64,000 bases of DNA. Source: Candidatus Woesearchaeota archaeon (GTDB taxonomy: Archaea; Nanobdellota; Nanobdellia; Woesearchaeales; DSVV01). The translations under genes were made by a program, and so were the position numbers. Positions 29,615 through 37,995 of the stretch are shown here, in pieces. Numbering within the stretch: position 1 is the stretch's first letter; every line of letters begins with the position of its first letter. The notes beneath the pieces were generated by a model. The model was not told where the DNA came from. It worked only from the letters and a program-made list of their open reading frames with translations, and did no database searches. Location: NCBI GenBank assembly GCA_018657385.1, contig JABHXF010000034.1, positions 8,081-72,080 on the forward strand, written 5' to 3'.

Positions 29615-30628
29615 TTAAGTTATTTTATCAAATACTTGATTGAAATCAAGATTTTTTTCTTGAATTTCTTTACCAGATAACATATTAACGTCTAGTTTTA
29701 ATTCTTTAAAGTTTGAATCAATATAAGGTAACATTTTTTCAAAGGCTACTTTAACTTCTTCATCTACACCTTTCATATCGCCAATTAAAACAAAATTATT
29801 ATTAATTGTATGACCTAAAAAACAATTTTGACCTAAAGTATTATTATTAATTAATCTCTGAAAGAGAACAAGTAATTCATTATGTTTCTTATAACCCTTT
29901 TCATCTGCAAACTTGCTTAAGCCATTTAACTTAAAATTATAAACATTAAAATATTTATTTTCAGCAATGTATTTATTCAACTCTTCTAGGATAAGATTTT
30001 TATCAGGTAATTTTGTGATTGGATGTTTACCAATTTGAGTTGAATGTTTCAGATTAAGATTAATTCTTGCTTCTAACTCAAGTGGATCAAATGGTTTTGT
30101 AATATAATCATCAGCCCCAACATCAATACCATCTATTTTATCTTTAATTTCTCCTTTTGCACTAAGTATAATAACATGAATATGTGAAGTTAATGGATTT
30201 TCTTTAAGAATTTTACAAACCTCATATCCACTCATACCAGGCATCATTAAATCTAAAACAAGAAGATCTACTTTGTTCTTTTTTAAAACTTCTAAAGCTT
30301 CATTTCCTGAATATGCTTCAAAAATATTAAATTTATCAGAAGCTAAACTTAATTTAATAAGATTTACAACATGTGGTTCATCATCTACAACTAAAATATT
30401 TGGTTTCTGTTGTTGTTCTGTTAGTTTCCATAATTTTGCCTGAGCAACTTCTTGTTGTGTAACTAAATTTTGTGCTTGTAATACTTCTAAATATTTAGAA
30501 ATAGTTAACCTATTATGTTGAATTTGTTTAGAAATCTCTGTAGATGATGCCCCAAACTCTGTAGTTTTTAAAAATTGTAATATTTTATCTTTAATATTAT
30601 TGTTATTATTGTTATTGATGTTAATCAC
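29615..30628 (-). CDS. Response regulator: HTH + REC + degenerate GGDEF-like domain
   Basis: GASSTEISKQIQHNRLTISKYLEVL (HTH); VDDE/LDLMMP/KPF receiver; HPITKLP...GHTINNNF in place of NPLTGLP...GHIGGDDF. Confidence 0.85.
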   Translation of the reverse strand: MININNNNNNNIKDKILQFLKTTEFGASSTEISKQIQHNRLTISKYLEVLQAQNLVTQQEVAQAKLWKLTEQQQKPNILVVDDEPHVVNLIKLSLASDKFNIFEAYSGNEALEVLKKNKVDLLVLDLMMPGMSGYEVCKILKENPLTSHIHVIILSAKGEIKDKIDGIDVGADDYITKPFDPLELEARINLNLKHSTQIGKHPITKLPDKNLILEELNKYIAENKYFNVYNFKLNGLSKFADEKGYKKHNELLVLFQRLINNNTLGQNCFLGHTINNNFVLIGDMKGVDEEVKVAFEKMLPYIDSNFKELKLDVNMLSGKEIQEKNLDFNQVFDKIT

Positions 30629-30756
30629 CTGCTTTATGAATAATTATTTATCTACCATTAGTTATAGTATCTCATTTAAGGATTTGTTATAACTTCAAAT
30701 TTAATATCAGATTAATATTTAGTTTCTAAATTAATTTAAACACTTAAAAAATAAAA

Positions 30757-31137
30757 TTATTTGGACATGTTTAAGTTTAATTTTATTCTCTTAACTAATT
30801 CCATTGGATCAAATGGCTTTGTCATGTAATCATCAGCACCAACATCAATTGCATGTAATTTATCATTCATTTGACTTTTTGCACTTAATATCAAAACTGG
30901 AACATTCCTTGTTTTAGGATTTTCTCTTAATGCCTTACATAATTCATAACCATTGACACCAGGCATCATTAGATCTAAAACAACTAAGTCTGGTATGCTT
31001 TTATCAATATGCATTAGTGCTTCTCTTCCAGAATAAGCACCAGTTACATTATATTTATCTTTGTTCAAGCTAAGCTTAATTAGATTTACAATGTGTGGTT
31101 CATCATCCACAATAAGTACATTTTTTCTTTCTTCCAT
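30757..31137 (-). CDS. Response regulator (stand-alone receiver)
   Basis: VDDEPHIVNLIKLSL, LDLMMP, LSAK, GADDYMTKPF; closely similar to the REC domain of the adjacent gene. Confidence 0.93.
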   Translation of the reverse strand: MEERKNVLIVDDEPHIVNLIKLSLNKDKYNVTGAYSGREALMHIDKSIPDLVVLDLMMPGVNGYELCKALRENPKTRNVPVLILSAKSQMNDKLHAIDVGADDYMTKPFDPMELVKRIKLNLNMSK

Positions 31138-31360
31138 ATTACCACCCCCTAATGGTTCTTGCGATAAACACTTATGATAAACATATAAGATAAACAGATA
31201 TTTAATTGTTTTGCTTATATTTTATATAGAAATAAGAAAAAGAAGGTAAAGGATTAAGTAAAGATGTAATTAAAAGAGTAGATAAAAAAGTAAATGACAT
31301 ACAAAAAAGGAAGTAATAATCAAATTAGTTAATAAAAAAACACAGAATTAATTAACAACC

Positions 31361-32443
31361 TTAGAACTTATTAATAATCAATCTGCCCTTCTTAGCATGT
31401 ATAACTACTTCATTCTTTTCATCAAAATCAGTTAAATTAGTAATCATTTCAGGCAGAATTATTCTTTTACTCCTTATTGTTAGATTTGTAATTATTTCTT
31501 GAGGTGTTGCATTATCTGTATCAACACCACATTCCATTAAAATATCCTTAGTATTAACACTATCTTGCTTTTTCTTTACACGCTTAGAAGCTTCTTTTGC
31601 TAAAAATTTAGCAATCTTATCAGCAAGATCTACTTTTGTTGCTTTAGTAATTCCTTGTAAACCTGGACTTAAATTAAGCTCAATTACAACAGGACCTTTA
31701 ACACTCTGAAGAATATCAACACCACAAATATCACAATTTAAAGCTTGTGCTGCCCTTACTGCTAATTTTTTTGTATGTGTATCAAGTTCAATTGCTTCCC
31801 CAGTTCCACCAGCATGAATATTTGCTCTTTTTTCTTCTTTAGCTGCTTTTCTCTCCATTGCTGCAACAACCTTATCACCAACTACAAAAGCCCTAATATC
31901 AGTTCCACCTGTTTCTACATATTCTTGAATAATAAATGGCTGGTTTAAAGTTGTAAGAGCATCTAACATAGAACTTGCACTAGGATAACTATCAGCAAAC
32001 ATAACGCCTTTACCATGAGAACCCTCTGGAAATTTCATTATAATTGGATAATTAATGTTTTCTAGTAAATTTTTAGCTGCCTCAGTTGTAGGAGTTAAAT
32101 AAGTTTTAGGCATAGGAATACCAGCCTGTTGTAGCTTTAATTGAGTTAATAATTTATTATGACCAAGAGTAAAAGCACTTGAACTAATTGGAAGATAACA
32201 TTTTGAAGAATATGTAGCAGTTATTGCCCTTAAAATTTGGGCGTATCTATGAGATCCTTTTGCATAGATACAATCATATTCACCTAATGGTTTATTATCA
32301 TACAAAATCTCCATATCTTTCTTACCTAATTTAACCTCTAAAGCCCTTACATCAATAGCATCCACACTATCAAAATACTTTCTCATTGCCTCTAAAGTCC
32401 ATTGTGAACTTGTACTTCCTAAACTTATTAATGCTGCTTTCAT
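31361..32443 (-). CDS. rimK: RimK-family ATP-grasp alpha-L-glutamate ligase with extra C-terminal domain
   Basis: GSHGKGV, IQEYV, DIRAFVVG, RANIHAGG, GVDIL, ELNLSPG. Confidence 0.88.
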   Translation of the reverse strand: MKAALISLGSTSSQWTLEAMRKYFDSVDAIDVRALEVKLGKKDMEILYDNKPLGEYDCIYAKGSHRYAQILRAITATYSSKCYLPISSSAFTLGHNKLLTQLKLQQAGIPMPKTYLTPTTEAAKNLLENINYPIIMKFPEGSHGKGVMFADSYPSASSMLDALTTLNQPFIIQEYVETGGTDIRAFVVGDKVVAAMERKAAKEEKRANIHAGGTGEAIELDTHTKKLAVRAAQALNCDICGVDILQSVKGPVVIELNLSPGLQGITKATKVDLADKIAKFLAKEASKRVKKKQDSVNTKDILMECGVDTDNATPQEIITNLTIRSKRIILPEMITNLTDFDEKNEVVIHAKKGRLIINKF

Positions 32444-32476
32444 TTTAATGTTATTTTTATGTTATTTTTATTAAAT

Positions 32477-32851
32477 TTAATCTATTTCATTATCTGCATT
32501 ACAAGTATCAATTAAAAATTTACCTTGCCTTAACAAATCCTGACCAATTAACATTTTGTATTTCATTTTTGTTCTATCTGCGATAGTAAATTGAGTTTTA
32601 AGTTTCTTCCCTGCAATTGTAACTGAACCTTCAACAATAGGCCTTAATGTTGCACCATGTGCACTTTTAACCATCTTTGTTTTTAAAACTGGACCTAATC
32701 TCAAAGAAGCAGCTAGCTTAACATCAATTGAACTTCTAGTTGCACCAGTATCAATTCTTGCAATAATTTGTTTATTAGTTGTTTTATTTCCTGATAAACT
32801 TACTTTTTCATATAAACCAATAATCTGATTATTTTTAATTGATTCTGACAT
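32477..32851 (-). CDS. RimK-associated retropepsin-like protease (RimB-like)
   Basis: ARIDTGATRSSID, DRTKMKYKMLIGQD; adjacent to rimK. Confidence 0.85.
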   Translation of the reverse strand: MSESIKNNQIIGLYEKVSLSGNKTTNKQIIARIDTGATRSSIDVKLAASLRLGPVLKTKMVKSAHGATLRPIVEGSVTIAGKKLKTQFTIADRTKMKYKMLIGQDLLRQGKFLIDTCNADNEID

Positions 32852-33053
32852 AGATAGAATAGAAGAGGATAATGTTTATAAAGGTTGTGGATGTAAAATG
32901 CTGTGTATAAAGTCCCTCTCCCAAATATGAATAAAAGTCATTATTAAAGAAAACTAATTCATTAATTATATAAAGTAAATTAAAAGATTCAATATTAAAG
33001 ATTGAATTGTAAATAATTAAAGATAATAACTAAAAATCAATATAATAATTAAA

Positions 33054-34586
33054 ATGACAGATTATAGGAAAATTGCAAAAGAAGCACTATGGGTTTATTT
33101 ATTAACAATGTTAATAATTCCCAGTGGATTCTTAGTTAGAATATTATATGCACATAATCTAAGTATTATTGATTATGGTTTATTTTATGGATTATTTGCA
33201 TTTTTTGGTTTTTTTGGATTTGTTAGAGATTGGGGATTAAGTTCAGCAACATATTTCTATGCGAATAACTATATTATACATGGACAAAAAAATAAAATTA
33301 AAACATTATTTTTTCTTAATCATGGATTTAAAATCATATTATCTGCCCTAATTGGAGTAGGGATGTATTTATTTAGAGGAATAATCACATCAGGAATTTT
33401 CAAGAATGAAGGCAATATAGGATATATATTTGATATTTTTATTATTTTTTGGGTTATAACAACAATATGCAAATCTAATTACATCTTTTTTAATATATTT
33501 CAAGAACAAAGAATTTCTAAATTTCTTGAATTTTTAAATTGGTTTTTAATAATAATCCTATCATTAATTGGGTTCCAACTTTATGAGGCATACAAAGTAC
33601 CAGTAGTAGCATATTTAATTGCAATGGTTGTTGTATGTGTATTATCCATGTTAATATTTTCAATCAAACATAATGATTTATTTAAAAATGATTTTTACAA
33701 GGGTTCAGATTTAGGAAAAGAAGTTTTAAAGTATGCAAGTGCTGTTGTCATAGGTGGTTTTTCTACTATGGTATTAGCACACATTGATTTATTTCTGATC
33801 CAATTAATGATTGGTGCTGAAAAAGTAGCATATTATTCATCTGGATTTGCTCTAGCAAGTTTATTGATGATGATTGTAACACCATTAACAATAATTATTC
33901 AACCATTATTTTCAAAAATTTGGCATCAGAACAACAAAGAAGAATTATCAAAATTAATTAGTTTTATCCTGAATAATATATTAATATTTATTCTGCCATT
34001 TTCTTTATTTTGTTTCACATTTGCAGTCCAAATAATAACATTAGTATATGGTTCAAATTTTATTGAATCTGTAATCATATTAAAATTATTTAGTTTTTCA
34101 TTTATTATCAAAGTAATTAATAGTATATTATTCTTAGTATTATGGTCAATTGGAAAACCAAAACAAAGTAGTAAAATATTAATTATTGCAGGTGTATTAA
34201 ATGTAACATTAGATGTATTATTGATTAGTGTAATGGGTAATGTTGGGGCAGTAATTGCTACTAGTTTCTGTTATTTGCTAATGATGGTTCTTTGTCTAAG
34301 AGAAATACTAAAAGAAATAGATATCAAATTCAATATCAGTGAAATTACAAAAATTTTATTATCCTCGCTTGCTTTTTTAATTATTGCATTTACAATAAAA
34401 GGTAAAATAATCATATTTGATGTAGGCATAGATAAAATTAATTTCCTATTAAATGGTGGAATAGTATTTGGAATAGCATTAATTGTTTATACAATATGTT
34501 TATTATTATTAGGAGTAATTACTAAGGAGAAAATTGAAATTGTTAGAAGTCTATTTAACTTAAGATTTAAGAAGAAAAATCGATAA
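33054..34586 (+). CDS. Oligosaccharide flippase (Wzx/AglR-like, MOP superfamily)
   Basis: About 13-14 TM; DYGLF, D.GL, ID.FLI...VAYY, P.FSK, G..GA.IAT motifs. Confidence 0.9.
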   Translation: MTDYRKIAKEALWVYLLTMLIIPSGFLVRILYAHNLSIIDYGLFYGLFAFFGFFGFVRDWGLSSATYFYANNYIIHGQKNKIKTLFFLNHGFKIILSALIGVGMYLFRGIITSGIFKNEGNIGYIFDIFIIFWVITTICKSNYIFFNIFQEQRISKFLEFLNWFLIIILSLIGFQLYEAYKVPVVAYLIAMVVVCVLSMLIFSIKHNDLFKNDFYKGSDLGKEVLKYASAVVIGGFSTMVLAHIDLFLIQLMIGAEKVAYYSSGFALASLLMMIVTPLTIIIQPLFSKIWHQNNKEELSKLISFILNNILIFILPFSLFCFTFAVQIITLVYGSNFIESVIILKLFSFSFIIKVINSILFLVLWSIGKPKQSSKILIIAGVLNVTLDVLLISVMGNVGAVIATSFCYLLMMVLCLREILKEIDIKFNISEITKILLSSLAFLIIAFTIKGKIIIFDVGIDKINFLLNGGIVFGIALIVYTICLLLLGVITKEKIEIVRSLFNLRFKKKNR

Positions 34587-34718
34587 TAAGTATAATTATG
34601 TATTATTAATGCTGAATTTGTAATAAAACTTTTAAATTGGATTGAATTACACCACAAAAGAAAGATAAGAACAATAAAGAGTATAGAAATATAAAATATA
34701 GAGACATAGGTTAGAATA

Positions 34719-36158
34719 ATGATTAAGAAAATATTATTAATAATGCCACCATTGAGATTTGAAACACCACCTTATTTTACTTATAGTTTACCAATTCTAG
34801 CAGCATCACTTGAAAAAGAAGGTTTTGAAGTAGAAATATTAGATCTTGAATTACATAAGACTATAATAAACAAAAGAGGATTAACAAGATTAATTTGTTC
34901 TAAAAAATTTGATATAATGGGTATTTCAGGATTAATTACATCATATACAACAGTTCAAATGTTAATGGATATTACAAGAAAACAGTTCCCTAAGAAGAAA
35001 ATAATTTTAGGTGGGGGACTAGCATCATCTGTTCCTGAACATTCATTAAAAGTAATGAAAGCAGATTATGTTGTATATGGAGAAGGGGTGATATCAACAC
35101 CAAATCTAATTCACGCATTAAACAATAATAAAAAATTAAAGAATGTTAAAGGAATATGTTATATGAGCAAAGGAAAGATGATTAAGACAGAGCCACAACC
35201 ATTAGTTAGAAATCTTGATGATCTTCCTAGACCAGCATATCATTTAATGGATATGAAAAAATATATCAACCATTATGATAAATTATCTGGATTTAGGAAA
35301 AACATGAGAATAATGACTGGAGTAGGATGTATTGGACAATGTACTTATTGTTTTAGAATTTGTGGAAAAGGATCATACAGACTATATTCAATCCCTAGAG
35401 TAATCAAAGAAATGAAATATTTTATTAAAAAATATAATATTAAACATTTTAATTTTATTGATGAAGAATTCCTAGTTGCAAAAAGTAGAGTAATAGAATT
35501 ATGTAAACAAATGAGAAAGCATAAGATTAATGTAACATGGAAATGTTGTTCAAGGGTTGATTCAATTAATCCAGAAATTGTCAAAACAATTAAGAAAGCA
35601 GGTTGTGTTATTGTTGGATTAGGAATTGAATCAGGATCTCAAAAAATTTTAGATAATATGAAGAAAAATGTTAAAGTTGAACAAACTAAGAAAGCACTTA
35701 GAATACTAAGAAAATACAATATGCCTCACGGCGGTACAATGATGTATGGCATGGTTGGTGAAAATAAAGAAACTGTAAAAGAAACAATCAGGTTTTGTAG
35801 AGAAATGGAACATGATGTAGAATTCTTTTGGACAACACCATATCCTGGAACAGAAATATATAATGATTTAGTAAAACAAGGAAAAATAAAAGATGAAAAA
35901 GAATTTTTTGAGAAATTATCTGATGCTTATCAATTTTTAATTAATTTAACAGAATTTAAGACTGATGAAGAAGCAATATATTGGAAAAAATATTTACAGA
36001 GAAAAATTAAAATCCCATTATATAAAAAATTATACATTAGAGTTAGAGATAAAGGTCTTTGGAATTTAGACTTCCAAATTTATGATTTTATGAAAAGACG
36101 TTTATTTCCAGAAAAGTATTTTGAATCTAAATATACCACTAAAAAAAGAGCATTTTAA
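34719..36158 (+). CDS. Cobalamin-binding radical SAM enzyme
   Basis: N-terminal B12-binding domain (ILGGG, VVYGEG), CIGQCTYC, FIDEEF, GIESGSQ, TPYPGT. Confidence 0.9.
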   Translation: MIKKILLIMPPLRFETPPYFTYSLPILAASLEKEGFEVEILDLELHKTIINKRGLTRLICSKKFDIMGISGLITSYTTVQMLMDITRKQFPKKKIILGGGLASSVPEHSLKVMKADYVVYGEGVISTPNLIHALNNNKKLKNVKGICYMSKGKMIKTEPQPLVRNLDDLPRPAYHLMDMKKYINHYDKLSGFRKNMRIMTGVGCIGQCTYCFRICGKGSYRLYSIPRVIKEMKYFIKKYNIKHFNFIDEEFLVAKSRVIELCKQMRKHKINVTWKCCSRVDSINPEIVKTIKKAGCVIVGLGIESGSQKILDNMKKNVKVEQTKKALRILRKYNMPHGGTMMYGMVGENKETVKETIRFCREMEHDVEFFWTTPYPGTEIYNDLVKQGKIKDEKEFFEKLSDAYQFLINLTEFKTDEEAIYWKKYLQRKIKIPLYKKLYIRVRDKGLWNLDFQIYDFMKRRLFPEKYFESKYTTKKRAF

Positions 36159-36219
36159 AGAATATAAAAAACATCTATAAACATACATAAATTTGATTTA
36201 AAACATTATAACTAAGGGT

Positions 36220-36894
36220 TTGAATATGAACATAAAAACATTAATTAAAATTTATAGAAAAATTGCTTTTGATCAACGTAAAGAGTATGATAAAATTGCA
36301 TTTAAGTATATGAAAAAGTGTAGAAATATTCTAGATGTTGGATGTGGAATTGGAAGATTTATTTCATTATCACCAAAAAGAATAAGTGGAATAGACCATA
36401 GTGATGATAGTATTAGAATATGTAAGAAAAAAGGTTATAATGTAACAAAAGCTAATGTTAAAAACTTACCTTTTGATTCTGGCTCTTTTGATGGGGTTCA
36501 TTCATCACATGTTATTGAACACCTATATCCAGAGTATGCATACGAAATGCTAACAGAACTTGTCCGTGTTTTAAAAGTTGGTGGAATCATGGTTATAAGA
36601 TCTCCAATGTTATATGAGGGGTTTTTTGATGATTTTACACATGTTAAACCTTATCATCCAAAAGCATTATTTCATTATCTAATAACAGAAGAAAAAACAG
36701 ATCAAACTACAAAAAGTCCAATTAATGCTAAATTTAAGCTATTAAAACTGAAATATAGAAGAGCACCATTGTTTTTAGGCATTGAAGATACTAAATTATT
36801 CTTTTTAACTCCTATTTTTAACTTATTATATGGATTTGGCATTAGTTCATTTAAAAAAACAGGTTATATGCTGATTCTTAAGAAAATAGCTTAA
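36220..36894 (+). CDS. Class I SAM-dependent methyltransferase
   Basis: ILDVGCGIG, LPFDSGSFD, HVIEHL, DFTH. Confidence 0.9.
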   Translation: MNMNIKTLIKIYRKIAFDQRKEYDKIAFKYMKKCRNILDVGCGIGRFISLSPKRISGIDHSDDSIRICKKKGYNVTKANVKNLPFDSGSFDGVHSSHVIEHLYPEYAYEMLTELVRVLKVGGIMVIRSPMLYEGFFDDFTHVKPYHPKALFHYLITEEKTDQTTKSPINAKFKLLKLKYRRAPLFLGIEDTKLFFLTPIFNLLYGFGISSFKKTGYMLILKKIA

Positions 36895-36962
36895 ATTGTA
36901 ATTATGAGATCTGTATTTTTTATTAAATGTCCTTTATAAGAGAGATTTTATGTAATTAATAA

Positions 36963-37116
36963 GGTTTTGAGTTATGGGTAATGTGTTTTGAGTTGGTTCT
37001 GTGTAAATCAGTTGTGAGATTTGGTTATGAGTTAATTAGTTTTTAGAAAAATGTAGTAATACTCATAACCACTTACTGATAACCAACTCAAGACATAAAA
37101 CTCATTACTCATAATT
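36963..37116. repeat. Imperfect palindromic element of about 9-nt units (MITE-like), copy C
   Basis: Shares central core and ACTGATAACCAAC arm with copy B. Confidence 0.65.
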
Positions 37117-37247
37117 ATAACATATAATATAAACTACTCTATATATAAATATATATCTTCCATAAAGCTTATAAATAAAACTAGGTTCTTTCAGTATTGA
37201 AATGGGTGTGTAAAAGATAGAAAAGCAGGGATACCCATAAAAAGAAA

Positions 37248-37922
37248 ATGAATAAATTAGAAACATTTGAACAATATTTTGCAACTAGTACAGGAAGCAT
37301 AAACATACCTAGTATGATATTAGCTTTATTTCTAGCAGCATTACTTTCTTACATTTTAGGTAAATTATACATTAAATATGGCAGCTGTTTATCAAATAGA
37401 GCAAAGTTTGCAGGAAATTTCATGATTCTTACAACTACTACAACATTAATCATAAGTGTTGTTAAATCTTCATTAGCATTATCTTTAGGTTTAGTAGGAG
37501 CATTATCTATTATAAGGTTTAGAGCAGCGATTAAAGAACCTGAAGAATTAGCATTTTTATTCCTAACTATTGCAATTGGACTTGGTTTTGGTGCTAATCA
37601 ATTTTTAATTACAATCATAGCATTTGTAATAATATCATTTTTAATAATATTAAGACACTGGTCAAAGAAGAAAAGTGTTGAAAATAATATGAATTTAACA
37701 ATTAATAGTAAAAAATCAGATAAAGTTACATTAAAGAATATATCATTTGTACTAAATAGATATTGCACATCTGTAAATCTAAAAAGGTTTGAGAGCTCAA
37801 ATGAAATTATTGAAGCATCTTTCTTTGTAACATTTGATTCATTTAATGATCTTGAAAGAGTTAAAAAAGATTTAGAAGATCTATCTAAAACAATTAATAT
37901 TAATTATCTGGAAAGAGAGTAA
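37248..37922 (+). CDS. DUF4956 (MgtC-like) membrane protein
   Basis: SSLALSLGLVGALSIIRFRAAIKEPEEL signature. Confidence 0.9.
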   Translation: MNKLETFEQYFATSTGSINIPSMILALFLAALLSYILGKLYIKYGSCLSNRAKFAGNFMILTTTTTLIISVVKSSLALSLGLVGALSIIRFRAAIKEPEELAFLFLTIAIGLGFGANQFLITIIAFVIISFLIILRHWSKKKSVENNMNLTINSKKSDKVTLKNISFVLNRYCTSVNLKRFESSNEIIEASFFVTFDSFNDLERVKKDLEDLSKTININYLERE

Positions 37923-37995
37923 TTGAAGAATTCCCTTAGACTTTTAAGAGAGATCATAAAAACCCAAATAGTTGATGATATAGGGTATCCAAAAA

